The notes: generated by a model from the letters alone, not told the origin. Shown: positions 49,770-60,110, counted from the stretch's first letter. The stretch is DNA of 64,000 bases from an uncultured delta proteobacterium (GCA_963767925.1 CAVYGB010000001.1:128001-192000), one strand, 5' to 3'. Translations and numbers: made by a program.

Positions 49770-50321
49770 CTAACCTGTGGCCCGCACCACCTGGGTGCCG
49801 CCCGCGAGCCGATCGTGCATACCCTGGCGCGAGGGGCTCGTCTCGATGGTCCGCACGATCCAGACCCAGGCGGCCACCGCGAGCAGCGGCCCCGCGAACG
49901 GGATGGCCCCGAGCACGGTGAACGCCTCGCGCGCCAGGGCCCGCCCGATGCTGGGGTTGCCCCCGTCAGGACCGAGCACGCGCAGCCCGAGGATCCGCTT
50001 GCCGGCGGTCGTCCCGAAGATCGAATCGAGCGCGGCGAAGTAGACCAGCACCACCAGCGCCCCGAGCAACAGCCAGTCGAAGCCGAAGCCGATCAGCTTG
50101 CCGAGCGCCAGGTCGAGGACCGCCAGCACGGCGCCGTCGATGGCCCGCGCCGCGAGGCGGATCGGGATCCCGGCCGGCACCTCCGCCACCCCATCGCCGG
50201 TAGTCTCGTCCTCGCTGTCATCGTAGAGCGCCGCCTTGCGGGGCGAGGTGGCGGGAGCAGCGGAGGTGGTGGAAGCGGCGGCCGCGGGGCCGTCGGGGGG
50301 CGGGGGCGCTGGGGTGACCAT
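49770..50321 (-). CDS. RDD family membrane protein
   Basis: RLAARAID, GTTAGKRILGLRV, RQGMHDRLAGGTQVV. Confidence 0.9.
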   Translation of the reverse strand: MVTPAPPPPDGPAAAASTTSAAPATSPRKAALYDDSEDETTGDGVAEVPAGIPIRLAARAIDGAVLAVLDLALGKLIGFGFDWLLLGALVVLVYFAALDSIFGTTAGKRILGLRVLGPDGGNPSIGRALAREAFTVLGAIPFAGPLLAVAAWVWIVRTIETSPSRQGMHDRLAGGTQVVRATG

Positions 50322-50969
50322 GGGGCTCCTCCTGCGCGGCCGGGCAGAGCGCGCTGGTCGAATCATCATCCCGGACAACGGCATCGGGAGGGCGCCCGAA
50401 TCGACCGGGCGAACGACTTTTGCGGATGTTCCGAGTCCTCCGGGTGCGTCGCCCGTGCTCGCTATGGCACGGCACGCCCAGCGGAGTGACCCTGGGGGAG
50501 CGCCAACGCCTCACATTCGATGCTCACCTGCGACACCTGTCGCGAGTTCCTCGTGACTCGACGAAGCGGAAGGCGCTCCACCGGGCCTTCGGTGTGCACT
50601 CCCGCGCCGGGTGGCTGGCCGGTCAGGCCCGGCCGGCGCGGCAGCGCACGCACCTGCTCTCCGAGACGGCCTGACGCTAAATGCTGGAGCGAGTCAGCCC
50701 GGCCCGGCCCGCGACCAGGCGGCAACGAGGGCGCGTGCTGGGTCGAATGCGATGCACCAGGTGTGCTGGTCTGCTGCACGAAGCTGGGCCGTCGCGACGA
50801 GTAACGCGGACGGGCTTGGTTGCCCCGCGTTTTTTGCGTCTCGGGGTTGTTGCTCGGTCATTGCGGCGACGACTAGACTGCGTTCCGCCATGCTCGGCCG
50901 CCGGGCAGGGAGTTTCGGAGAGCACGGATGTCGCGTGCGGCAACGCCGGCGCAGTTGGAAGTAACCGGT

Positions 50970-53720
50970 ATGAACGGAATCCCCGAACGCTTGCCCTGCC
51001 TGCGGCGGGCTCCGAGCGCCCTTCTGCTCCTGCTGCTGGCGCTCGGCTGCGCCAGCGCCCAGGAGTCGGCCCGCGATCAGATGCAGGAGCTGCAGCAGCG
51101 GGCCCTGGCGGACCTGCGGCAGGGCCAGTCGGCGGCCGCGCGCCGGCGGCTGCTGGCGGCGGCGCGGGTCGGGACCGAGGCGGGGCTGGCCACCGATCCC
51201 GCCATGGCGCGAACCCAGCTCGCGCTCGGCGCGCTCTACGCGAAGGTGTTCCGGGACGACCGGCGGGCGGTGGCCTACATGAGTCGGGCGCTCGCCACCA
51301 GCCCCGACCTGCGCGTGCCGCCGGTGCTGGCGGGGCCGCGGGTGAATCAGGTGCTCAACCTGGCCCGCCTGCGCAACGCCAACCTGGCGCCGGCCGCGCA
51401 GCAGCCCTTCCGGCGGCAGCGCCAGGTGCCGCCGGTCGTCGTGCCGCCGGTGGCGGTCGCCCGCGCCGCGCCGGTGCCGCCGCCCCCCGCCCCGGGCGGC
51501 CGCAACAACCGCCGGATGCGCCCGGGCCGATCGACGGCCTTCGCCCAGCGGGCGCTCGCGGCCGAGCCGGTGGTGGAGTTCGTCCCCGAAGCGGCGCGCG
51601 GCGCGCCTGCCGCCGGCCAGGCGCGCGGGCGCGGACGTGGTCGGGTGGCCGCCGGTCCCGCCGGACGCCGGCGTCGCGGCCGGGCACCGGCCATCGCCCT
51701 CGTGGCGCCGCCCCCGGCGCGCCCGGCGTTCGTCGCCCCGCCCGTCGCGGTGGTGGCGCTTCCGGTGCCGATGCGTCCGCTGCTGCTGGCCGCCCCGGCC
51801 CCGCCTGTCTCCGTGGCGGTGGCGCCGCGGGCGCCGATGCGTCCGCTGCTGCTGGCCGCCCCGGCCCCGCCTGTCTCCGTGGCGGTGGCGCCGCGGGTGC
51901 CGATGCGTCCGCTGCTGCTGGCTGCCCCGGTCGAGGTGGTCTCCCTGAACGTGCCGCCGGATCTGTTCCGCGACCCCACCGCCGGCCTGGTGCCGCGCGC
52001 CTTCTCCGAGCGGGAGGCCGAGCTGGCCCGGACGCGGGTCGTCCCCGGTCGCGGGCGGACGGTCCCCATGGCCGGTGGGGCGGTGGCCACGGTGCCCGCC
52101 GCCGCGCCGCCGCCGGTGGGTTACGCCCCGGTCGCCGCGCCCGTGCCCCAGATGGCCCCGGGCGCTCCCGCCGCGGTGGTGGCCCAGGCGCCCGCCGCCG
52201 CGCGATCCGGAGCGTACGCGTACGCGCCCGTGCCGGTGGCACCGGTGGTGGTGGCCCAGGCGCCCGCGCCTGCCGCCGCTGATCCGCGCGCGGGGCAGGG
52301 CGCTCCCGCCCCCGCGATGGCCCAGGTGCCTGCCGCCGCTGCCGGGAGCGCCGGGCAGGGTGCTCCCGTTCCGGCGGTGGTGGCCCAGGCTCCCGCGGTG
52401 GCGTCTCCGCCCGGTTCCCGCGCAGGGCAGGGCGCCCTTGCCGGGGGAGCGGCCCCCGCCGTCGGTCAGGCGCCCGCGACCCCGGCCACCCCTCCGCCCG
52501 CCGTCGCCGAGGCGCCGCCCGCCGCCGAGCCCGAGCCGGAGATGCCGCCCACCGGCCAGCCCGCCTCTCCCGCGACGCCGGCCCCCGACGTGGCCGCGCG
52601 TCCGGGCGCCGAGCCCGCCCCCGGCACCACCGTCGCGTTGGCCTCCGGGCCCGCCGCCCTGCCGCCGGAGGAGCCGCCCCCGCCGCCACCCGAGCTGGCC
52701 TTCCCCGAAGGCCGCTCCGACCCGGTGTTCTGCCCGGTGCCGCTCGAGGCGCCGCCGTCGCAGGAGGTCCTGCTTCGCTGCGCCGTGCGGCCCGAGCTGA
52801 AGGCCGCCAACCTGATGTTGCACTACCGGCCGTCCGGGACCGAGACGTTCAGCGCGGTCTCGATGAGCTCCGCCGGCAACGGCGTCTTCCAGGGCGTCTT
52901 GCCGGCCGCCGCCACCTCGGGCAACTCGCTGCAGTTCTTCGTTCAGGCCGGCGGCCCGACAAAGGTCAACGTCGGCACCGCCGAGAGCCCCAACGTGGTG
53001 ATGGTGCGCGCCGGCGCCCTCCCGGTCGGCCTCGACGGCCCCGAAGCCGTCGCCGCCGACAGGGCCGCCGAGGAAGCCGCCGAAGCCGAGCGCATCCGCC
53101 GCGAGGACGACGACCCCCTCGCCGCCTCCGAGCTCCGGCGCGAGCTGGCCCTCATCCGCCGCCGCCCCGCCGGCAAGCTGTGGGTCGCCGCCGGCCTGGG
53201 CTCCGGCTACGGCTGGCAGCCCGGCTCGCCCCTCGAGTTTCGCCCCAACCGCCGCGTCGACTCCGGCCCCCTCGCCGCCGGCCTGGCCCACGCCCTGCCC
53301 GAAGTCGGCTACCAGCTCACCGATCGCCTGTCCCTGTCGCTGCAAGGCCGCCTGCAGTACCTCCCCGTCAAAGGCTCCGGCGACCCGCTGCCCGGAAAAC
53401 CCCGCCAGACCGCCCTCGCCGTCCTGGCCCGCGGCGCCTTCGCCTTCGGCGAGGGCCCCCTGCACGCCATCGCCACCGCCGCCCTGGGCGCCGGCCCCAA
53501 AAACGGCGGCTTCCGCCTGACCGTCCCGGACAACGCCAAGAGCGGCATGCCCCGCAGCGACACCGTCCGCGGCGGCCCCTTCCTCGCCGGTATCGGCGGC
53601 GGCGTCGTCTACCACTTCAGCCGCCGCATCTCCTTGCCCCTGGAGCTGCGCCTCCTGGCCGGCTTCCCGAGCTTCGCCGGCATCCTGGAAGCCGCCACCG
53701 GCCTCGCCATCGCGTTCTAG
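50970..53720 (+). CDS. Large TPR lipoprotein with Pro/Ala-rich linker and C-terminal beta-barrel-like domain
   Basis: LALGC, helical TPR-like N-terminus, low-complexity linker, Ig-like LHYRP.G...F, alternating beta strands, terminal Phe. Confidence 0.65.
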   Translation: MNGIPERLPCLRRAPSALLLLLLALGCASAQESARDQMQELQQRALADLRQGQSAAARRRLLAAARVGTEAGLATDPAMARTQLALGALYAKVFRDDRRAVAYMSRALATSPDLRVPPVLAGPRVNQVLNLARLRNANLAPAAQQPFRRQRQVPPVVVPPVAVARAAPVPPPPAPGGRNNRRMRPGRSTAFAQRALAAEPVVEFVPEAARGAPAAGQARGRGRGRVAAGPAGRRRRGRAPAIALVAPPPARPAFVAPPVAVVALPVPMRPLLLAAPAPPVSVAVAPRAPMRPLLLAAPAPPVSVAVAPRVPMRPLLLAAPVEVVSLNVPPDLFRDPTAGLVPRAFSEREAELARTRVVPGRGRTVPMAGGAVATVPAAAPPPVGYAPVAAPVPQMAPGAPAAVVAQAPAAARSGAYAYAPVPVAPVVVAQAPAPAAADPRAGQGAPAPAMAQVPAAAAGSAGQGAPVPAVVAQAPAVASPPGSRAGQGALAGGAAPAVGQAPATPATPPPAVAEAPPAAEPEPEMPPTGQPASPATPAPDVAARPGAEPAPGTTVALASGPAALPPEEPPPPPPELAFPEGRSDPVFCPVPLEAPPSQEVLLRCAVRPELKAANLMLHYRPSGTETFSAVSMSSAGNGVFQGVLPAAATSGNSLQFFVQAGGPTKVNVGTAESPNVVMVRAGALPVGLDGPEAVAADRAAEEAAEAERIRREDDDPLAASELRRELALIRRRPAGKLWVAAGLGSGYGWQPGSPLEFRPNRRVDSGPLAAGLAHALPEVGYQLTDRLSLSLQGRLQYLPVKGSGDPLPGKPRQTALAVLARGAFAFGEGPLHAIATAALGAGPKNGGFRLTVPDNAKSGMPRSDTVRGGPFLAGIGGGVVYHFSRRISLPLELRLLAGFPSFAGILEAATGLAIAF
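51767..51930 (+). repeat. 66-bp in-frame tandem repeat (2.5 copies)
   Basis: Units at 51767, 51833, 51899 encoding PMRPLLLAAPAPPVSVAVAPRA/V. Confidence 0.9.
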
Positions 53721-53945
53721 TCCCACTCGTCGCCCACCCGCCGACCAGCCACGATTCCGCCCGGCCGCGGCCGGTCTTCCCACGAGCATTCGTGAAGACG
53801 CGGGCGGAGCGCACCCCACGGCGGACGGCGGGGAGAGGTGAAGGTCGCCCCGAGCTTCGGGCGTGAAGACGCGGTCGGGGTGCGGGCGAGCGGGTCTACC
53901 GCGTAGCCGGACGAGCCGGTGACGAGGTGGTGATGTGCTGTGGCT

Positions 53946-54962
53946 TCATGGGGTGAAGATGCAGGCGGGGGTGCCGCTGCATTCGGGGACCTTGGCGAGG
54001 AGGTCCTTGGCTTCGCCGGTGGACGAGGCGAGGAAGAAGGCGCAGGGGTCGCGCTTGATCTGTTCGAGGAAGGCGGGCATGCACTTGCGGGTCTGGTCGA
54101 CCGTCACGGCGCAGCCGCTCTTCGGGCGGCCGCCGCCGATGGCGCAGCGGCTGGGCCACTCGAAGGGGATCTTCTGGCCGTCGCAGTCGACGTCGGTGCC
54201 CTGGGCGGGCAGGCGGGTGCGGGCCAGGGCGGTGGTCCAGGCGCAGGCGGCCTCGAATTCGGGGGGCGCCAGCTCGGTGAGCTTCTTGCTGCCGGCCAGG
54301 TCCTCGAAGCGCGCGCTCCCGGCGCTGCCGGCGGCCGGCTTGCCGGCGGGGACGAAGCGGACCACGGGGGCCAGGGCGGCCTCGTTCTTGAGGTAGCTCT
54401 CGCGGAAGGCGAGGACGTCCTCGCGGCTGTAGCTGCTCTTGCCAGCCTGGAACTTCACGGTCGCCTGGACGGTTGTGTCGGGCTCCTTCTGGTAGGCGAT
54501 GGAGAACTGGGCCGGGCCGATCTTCATCTCCTCTCCGTCGGGCAAGGTGTCGGGCACGAAGCCCTCGGGGGCGTGGATGCGGTAGGCGAGCTCGAAGGCG
54601 TGGGGCGGCTCGAGCGCGAGCGTGTCGCCGATGGTCGGGGCGGTCGCCTCGGCCGACTGCGGGCGGAGCACCTCGGGCAACCCGCGAAACGGCAACCAGA
54701 CGTCGAGGCTGACCTCGACCGCGCCGTCGGTGAACTGGGCCACCTCCTCGGCCTCCCCCACCGCCGGGGTGGTCGCCGGATCCTGCACCACCCGGATCGA
54801 AGCGTCCGGCGCCAGCCAGAGCTCGCGCGCGAGCCGCACGGAATCGGGGGCCTTGCCCCCGGGCCACTGCTGCGTCCGAGCGCAGGGCGCTTGCGCGAGC
54901 GCGAGAAAGAGAAGCCCGATCAGACTTGCCGAACGCCCGTGGGTACCTGTCGCTGAAAACAC
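53946..54962 (-). CDS. Secreted hypothetical protein with Cys-rich C-terminal domain
   Basis: Hydrophobic N-terminus, GC3-rich codon usage, Cys-rich tail. Confidence 0.6.
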   Translation of the reverse strand: MFSATGTHGRSASLIGLLFLALAQAPCARTQQWPGGKAPDSVRLARELWLAPDASIRVVQDPATTPAVGEAEEVAQFTDGAVEVSLDVWLPFRGLPEVLRPQSAEATAPTIGDTLALEPPHAFELAYRIHAPEGFVPDTLPDGEEMKIGPAQFSIAYQKEPDTTVQATVKFQAGKSSYSREDVLAFRESYLKNEAALAPVVRFVPAGKPAAGSAGSARFEDLAGSKKLTELAPPEFEAACAWTTALARTRLPAQGTDVDCDGQKIPFEWPSRCAIGGGRPKSGCAVTVDQTRKCMPAFLEQIKRDPCAFFLASSTGEAKDLLAKVPECSGTPACIFTP

Positions 54963-55063
54963 GGACGCATCGTACCCGTTTCCGTCGCGGATGGTGCGGC
55001 GTAACGGCGATTCACACCAAAGTCGAGCCGGCGGGCGGTGCGACCGGTCTGCCGTCCCGCGTT

Positions 55064-55219
55064 TCAGCCCGCCCGTGGCGGAAAAGGTTGCCAGCGCATG
55101 GCCCGAAACAGTCTGAGCCCGGGCGCGACCGTGGCGTTCTCGCCGTCTTCTGGCGCGTGGCGGAGGACCACCGCCGCGAGCGCCTTCAGGGTGTCCCGCG
55201 TGTCACCGTCGAGCTTCAT
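55064..55219 (-). pseudogene. AraC_N-type regulator N-terminal remnant
   Basis: MKLDGDTRDTLKALAAVVLRHAPEDGENATVAPGLRLFRA then stop after 51 aa. Not in the ORF track. Confidence 0.55.
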
Positions 55220-55311
55220 GGCTCGCGGTCGTCACGATGTCTCTCCTCGTACCGCTGCCCGACTGGGGGGTGCAGCAGGATTCGGCGTCAAGTCACCGAA
55301 CCTTTTGTCGG

Positions 55312-55360
55312 AGACCCCTCACCCCACCCTCTCCCCGCTCCGCGGGGCGAGGGCGAACGG
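55312..55360 (+). repeat. REP-like palindromic element
   Basis: AGACCCCTCACCCCACCCTCTCCCCGCTCCGCGGGGCGAGGGCGAACGG. Confidence 0.85.
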
Positions 55361-55395
55361 ACAGCGGGGCGGGGAAATCTGTGGCGAATTCGCCG

Positions 55396-56295
55396 TCAGG
55401 CGGAGGCGCGCGCCAGGCGGGTGCGGAGGTGGGCGAGGGCGAGGTCGGCGAAGGCGCTGGCGGCGGGGACCTGGGCGCCGGGGAGCTGGACGATGTGGAT
55501 GGGGACGGGGGGCGGTTCGTGGGACTCGAGCAGGAGGCGCAGGCGCTTGCGCGCGACCAGGGCAGCGACCTGGTACGACAGGACGCGCACGAGACCCAGG
55601 CTGGCCAGCGCGGCGTCGACCGCGGCCTGGCCGGTGTTGACCACCAGGCGCGGGTGGACGGCGACGCTGCGCTCGCGGCGGCCGCCCTGGAAGAACGACC
55701 AGCGATCGGGGGTGGGGTTGGCGCCGGTGAAGGCGATGCAGGCATGTCCCGCGAGGTCGGCCGGCGCGCGCGGCGTCCCCCGGCGCCGCAGGTAGGCCGG
55801 GCTGGCGCACACGACCCAGCGGACGTGGCCGACCAGGCGGCTGCGCAGGGCCGAGTCGGGCAGCCCGCCGATGCGCACGGCGAGGTCCATCCCCTCCTCG
55901 GCGAGCGCGACGACCCGGTCGAGCAGCAGGAGGCGGACGTCGACCGCCGGGAACCGCTCGAGGAACGCGCGCACGAGCGGCAACACGTGGAGCTGTCCGA
56001 ACAGCACCGGCGCCGTCACCGCCAGCACCCCCCGCGGCTCGCTGGCCCCGCCCGCCTCGAGCGCCGCGAAGTCGGCCAGCACCCGGCGCCCGCGCTCGAG
56101 CAGGCGCGCTCCCGCGTCGGTCAGCGAGACCGCGCGCGTGGTGCGGTGGAGCAGGCGCGCCCCGACCCGCGCCTCGAGGGCGGCGACCGCCCGGGTCACC
56201 GCCTGGGGAGAGCGCCGATCCGCCCGGGCCGCCTCCCGGAAGCTCCGCCGCTCCGCCACCGCCGCGAACAGCCGCCACTCGTCGATGCGGTCCAT
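55396..56295 (-). CDS. LysR family transcriptional regulator
   Basis: F.AVAERRSF..AA, LEARVGARLLHRTTRAVSLTDAG, EEGMDLAVRIG, CASPAYL. Confidence 0.95.
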   Translation of the reverse strand: MDRIDEWRLFAAVAERRSFREAARADRRSPQAVTRAVAALEARVGARLLHRTTRAVSLTDAGARLLERGRRVLADFAALEAGGASEPRGVLAVTAPVLFGQLHVLPLVRAFLERFPAVDVRLLLLDRVVALAEEGMDLAVRIGGLPDSALRSRLVGHVRWVVCASPAYLRRRGTPRAPADLAGHACIAFTGANPTPDRWSFFQGGRRERSVAVHPRLVVNTGQAAVDAALASLGLVRVLSYQVAALVARKRLRLLLESHEPPPVPIHIVQLPGAQVPAASAFADLALAHLRTRLARASA

Positions 56296-56297
56296 TG

Positions 56298-56312
56298 TTC
56301 CTCTGAACGGAA
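56298..56312. promoter_or_regulatory. LysR-type operator (T-N11-A palindrome)
   Basis: TTCC-TCTGAAC-GGAA between divergent lysR and target gene. Confidence 0.65.
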
Positions 56313-56370
56313 TACTCTAGCATAGGACGCGCCATTGTTCCGGAGGCTCGCCCGGCCCACCCTTTCCACC

Positions 56371-56991
56371 ATGGGCCATCACGCAATCGCCTCCGACGTC
56401 GCCTTCTCCCCCGCCGTCAAGCGCGTCCAGGAAGAGCGGGGCTCCCGCGCCGCCTACGCCCGCCAGGAGGCGCGCGGCGGCTTCGAGTCCGAGGTCACCC
56501 CCGAGCTCGCCGCCTTCCTCGCCGAGATCGACACCGCCTTTCTGGCCACCGCCAGCGCCGACGGCCAGCCCTACGTGCAGCACCGGGGCGGCCCCCCCGG
56601 CTTCATCCGCCCCCTCGACCCCCATACCCTCGGCTTCCTCGACCTGCCCGGCAACCGGCAATACGTCACCACCGGCAACCTGCGCGAAAACGACCGCGTC
56701 TGCCTCTTCCTGATGGACTATGCGCGCCGCGCCCGCGTGAAGGTCTGGGGCCACGCCCGCGTGGTCCCCGCCAGCGAGCCCGCCGCCGCCGCCCTCACCG
56801 GCACCGCTACCGCGCCCGGCGTCCGGGTCGAGCAGGCCGTCCTCATCACCGTGACCGCCTGGGACGCCAACTGCTCCAAACACATCCCCCAGAAAGTCGA
56901 CGCCACCGCCGCCGCCCAGCGCGTGCAGGCGCTAGAGCGGCGTATCGCCGCCCTAGAAAAGGAGATCCGCGCTCTCAACTCCCAGCGCTGA
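56371..56991 (+). CDS. Pyridoxamine 5'-phosphate oxidase family (FMN-binding) protein
   Basis: AFSPAVK.VQ...GSR, LATASADGQPYVQHRGGPPGF, GNRQY.T.GNL, WDANC.KHIP. Confidence 0.92.
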   Translation: MGHHAIASDVAFSPAVKRVQEERGSRAAYARQEARGGFESEVTPELAAFLAEIDTAFLATASADGQPYVQHRGGPPGFIRPLDPHTLGFLDLPGNRQYVTTGNLRENDRVCLFLMDYARRARVKVWGHARVVPASEPAAAALTGTATAPGVRVEQAVLITVTAWDANCSKHIPQKVDATAAAQRVQALERRIAALEKEIRALNSQR

Positions 56992-57036
56992 ACCCCGGTC
57001 GTCCCTGCGCGCTCGTCGATACCTGGAGCACCGGAG

Positions 57037-57271
57037 CCCCTCACCCCTCCCTGTCCCCCCACTGCCGCGGGGCGAGGGCGAACAATCAGGCAGGGCAGCG
57101 GTCGTCTTCCGAGTGGTGCTCAGCGCGGAGTTGCCGGAGATGTTCGCTCTCCGTTGGCCGTTGGCCGTTGGCCGTTGGCCGTTGGCCGTTGGCCGTTGGC
57201 CGTTGGCCGTTGGCCGTTGGCCGTTCGCCCCTCGCCCCGCGGCAGCGGGGAGAGGGAGGGGTGAGGGGTCT
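57037..57271. repeat. Inverted pair of REP-like elements enclosing a (CCGTTGG)10 microsatellite
   Basis: REP + at 57037-57083, ten perfect heptamers at 57151-57220, REP - at 57221-57271. Confidence 0.92.
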
Positions 57272-57374
57272 TCCGGCGTTCGAGGTTCAAGGCGCGGCCG
57301 TCCCTGGGGGGGCGGCGACCGCGCGCGGGGCGCGCCTCCTCGAATTAAGCTACCGCATCGGCGGCGAACGCCGG

Positions 57375-58442
57375 CTACTGCGCCGCGGGGCAGGGGATCG
57401 GTTTGTCGCCCCAGGCGAGGTCGTCGATGTACATCTCGATGGCGGTGTTGTTGCCGAAGTGGACGTGGCCAACCTTGAGCTGGCCGAAGGTGGGGGCGCG
57501 CCAGTCGCGGTTGCGGGCGCCGCCGGCGACGCAGACGCCCTGGTTGCCGGTCTGCTCGCCGTTCTGCACGGTCTGGCCGTCTAGCATCATCTTGTGCAGA
57601 TGGGTGCCGTCGGCGGCGCCCTTGAACTGCCACTGCACGCAGGCCCACTTGCCCTGGGGGAAGGGGGTGTCGGAGTCGACCGAGCAGTCGCCGGGGTGGT
57701 AGACCGACATGAACTTGCCGTACATCCCGCCGAGGATGTAGGTCGGGTTGCCGCCGCCGGCGTTCGAGGCGATGACGGTGTCGAAGTGGGCCTGACCGGG
57801 CAGGGTCTTGTGGAAGATCATCGCCCGGCCGTGCAGGTCGTTGCCGGGGAGCTGGCTCTGGATGTTGTTGAACACCAGGAAGGTCCCGGGGTAGGTGCCG
57901 CGCGACTTGATGACCACGGACTTGCTGCCGCTGAAGGCCTGGGTGCCGTCGACGGTCACGGTGCCGCCGCCCGAGCTCTGGATGCTGAACGTGCCCCGCG
58001 GCGACTGGCCCATCGCCTGCGCCTCGAAGTCGTCGCAGAAGCGCGCGCCCGCGCAGCGATCGCCGGGCGCGGCCGCCGGCGGTCCATCGCCGCCGCTGCG
58101 GTCCCCGCCGCCACCGTCGCGCGCGGCCGCCCTGTCGCCACCGCCCGCGTCTCGCGCCACCGGAGCGCCGCCGGTGCCGGCGCCGCCGCCACTTCCCGCG
58201 CTGCCGCCGCTCCCCCCGCCCGCACCGCTGCTGCCCGCCGCTCCGGCGCTCCCGGCGCTCCCGCTCGCGCCGCCGCTGCCGGCTGCACCCGCGTTGCCGC
58301 CGCCCGTTCCTGCCGCCGGGCTGGCGCTACCACCGCCGCCAGCGCTGCCCGCCGAGCCACCCGGCGCCGGTGAGCCGTTGTCACTGTCGCAAGATGCGAC
58401 ACCGAGGAGAAAGAGACCGCCAAGCAGCAAACGTTTGCGCAT
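57375..58442 (-). CDS. Lipoprotein with Cip1/polysaccharide-lyase-like beta-sandwich domain
   Basis: Lipobox VASC, Gly/Ser/Ala linker, FCDDFE, AFSGSKSV, GKWACVQWQF, MYIDDLA....I.CP. Confidence 0.7.
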   Translation of the reverse strand: MRKRLLLGGLFLLGVASCDSDNGSPAPGGSAGSAGGGGSASPAAGTGGGNAGAAGSGGASGSAGSAGAAGSSGAGGGSGGSAGSGGGAGTGGAPVARDAGGGDRAAARDGGGGDRSGGDGPPAAAPGDRCAGARFCDDFEAQAMGQSPRGTFSIQSSGGGTVTVDGTQAFSGSKSVVIKSRGTYPGTFLVFNNIQSQLPGNDLHGRAMIFHKTLPGQAHFDTVIASNAGGGNPTYILGGMYGKFMSVYHPGDCSVDSDTPFPQGKWACVQWQFKGAADGTHLHKMMLDGQTVQNGEQTGNQGVCVAGGARNRDWRAPTFGQLKVGHVHFGNNTAIEMYIDDLAWGDKPIPCPAAQ

Positions 58443-58604
58443 GGCCACGCACGATATACACACCCGGACCTGGATCACAGCATGGAACGATCCATGTGCC
58501 GCTTCGGCGCACCCAGAGGCGCTCCGGCGTCGCCGGGAACGCCGGGAACGCCTCGTGATCGCGCCCTTTCACGCGATCAGCCCCCGTACCCCCGACCGAC
58601 CCCC

Positions 58605-60110
58605 TCAATCTATGGTGCGGGTGGCGCAGCCGAAGAGGAGGTCGACGCGGGCGGTGGGGTCGGTGCGGAGGCGGGCGCAGCTCGCGGGGCAGATCACCAG
58701 GCGGGCGGGGGGCGCGCCGGGCGCGGGGGTTTCGTAGTACCAGCCGCCGCGGTCGGGGAGGCAGCGATCGGCGGCGGGGACCTGGGCGAGCTCCTCGACC
58801 GTTCTGGCGCTGGTGGTGCGCACGTTGACCCGGGCCAGATCGAGGGCGCCGGTGGCCGGGCGGGGGATGGCGTATTCGCAGGCCACCGCCTGGCCGCGGA
58901 TGGTCTGCAGCGCCTCGAGCAAGCGCTGGCTGAGGTCGTCGCCGGTGGTCAGGATGAACGGCGCGCCGGTGCCGCCCGCGCTGGCGAAGCGCTCGAGCGC
59001 GGGCCGGGCCTCGGCCAGCCCATTCGCCCCGAACACCCCCACCACGTAGCTGGGGATCGACGGGGCGCCGCTGCGGCCCTGCTCGAGCCGGCTGACAACC
59101 GCCTCCACCGGCTGCGCCTCCCCGCATCCGGGGGACGGAAGCCCGTCGGTGGCGAGCACCAGCGCCGCGCGCCGCCCGGGCTGGCTGCTGGCGCGCGCGC
59201 GGAGGAAGGCGAGCGCCGCCTGCGCCGCCACCGGCAGCGGCGTCGACCCGTCGGGCGCGCGCGCGGCCAGGGCGGCGGTCAGCGGGCCCGCCTGCGCCGG
59301 GAGCTCGCCGACCTCAACGTCGAGGCGCTGGTAGGGCGCCCGATCGCAGCCCCCGCCCTGGATCAGGCAGACGCCGGGGTCGATCCGGCAGGTGTCGCCG
59401 GCGGCGCCCGAGCAGGGCGCGCCCTCCACGCAGGGCCCGCCGCCGAGCGGGCAGCGCCCCTGCGGCAGGCACATCATTCCCGCCGGGCAGTTGAAAGGGC
59501 TCATGTAGTTCGGCGCGCAGGCCCGGTTGGTGATGACCGGCAGCCCGGGCGCGAAGCAGAAGCCCTGTTTACGACAGGCCCGCTCGACCGCCGGTGAGAC
59601 CGCCGCGCAGTCGCCGTCCTGCTGGCAGGCGGTCGTCGCGGGTGGCGTCGTGCTGGGGAAGAACAGCAACCCAACGCCCAGCCCGGCCGAGGCGGGATCC
59701 CCCACGAACGCCTGCAGCGCCTGCCGGGTCAGCTCCCACTTCGATCGGGCGCCGCTGAGCTGGTTCATCGAGTCCGACGTGTCGACGAGCAGCAGCAGGT
59801 CCACCGGCGCGCGCTCGGCGGTGTGCACCTCGCTGGCGCAGGTCCCGACCGCCGGCGGCGCACCCGCGCCCGGCCCCGGCTCGGGCAACACAAGCCCCGG
59901 CCCGCTCGCCGGAGCGCCCCCGCCCGCCGCGCCCCCACCCGGCCCGGGCGGCCCCGGCGCGAGCGCCGGCTCCAGCCCCCCCTCGACGGACGCGGCCCGG
60001 CACCCGCCCAGCGCGCCGCATGCGGCCACGACCAGCGCCACCGCCAGGGTCGCCCGGTGCCCCCGCGGGGCCACCCGCTCGACGGGCCCGATCCCGGATC
60101 TGCCAGCCAT
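58605..60110 (-). CDS. vWA-domain Cys-rich lipoprotein
   Basis: LGGC, MIDAS DTSDS, STP, LVLATDGLP, Cys-rich insert, GWYY...ICPASC...LFGCAT. Confidence 0.85.
   Translation of the reverse strand: MAGRSGIGPVERVAPRGHRATLAVALVVAACGALGGCRAASVEGGLEPALAPGPPGPGGGAAGGGAPASGPGLVLPEPGPGAGAPPAVGTCASEVHTAERAPVDLLLLVDTSDSMNQLSGARSKWELTRQALQAFVGDPASAGLGVGLLFFPSTTPPATTACQQDGDCAAVSPAVERACRKQGFCFAPGLPVITNRACAPNYMSPFNCPAGMMCLPQGRCPLGGGPCVEGAPCSGAAGDTCRIDPGVCLIQGGGCDRAPYQRLDVEVGELPAQAGPLTAALAARAPDGSTPLPVAAQAALAFLRARASSQPGRRAALVLATDGLPSPGCGEAQPVEAVVSRLEQGRSGAPSIPSYVVGVFGANGLAEARPALERFASAGGTGAPFILTTGDDLSQRLLEALQTIRGQAVACEYAIPRPATGALDLARVNVRTTSARTVEELAQVPAADRCLPDRGGWYYETPAPGAPPARLVICPASCARLRTDPTARVDLLFGCATRTID

Noticed and set aside
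50520..50804. Second Cys-rich peptide (94 aa)
   Set aside because: No signal peptide, no clear SD, irregular Cys spacing; overlaps an apparent LuxR remnant in another frame.
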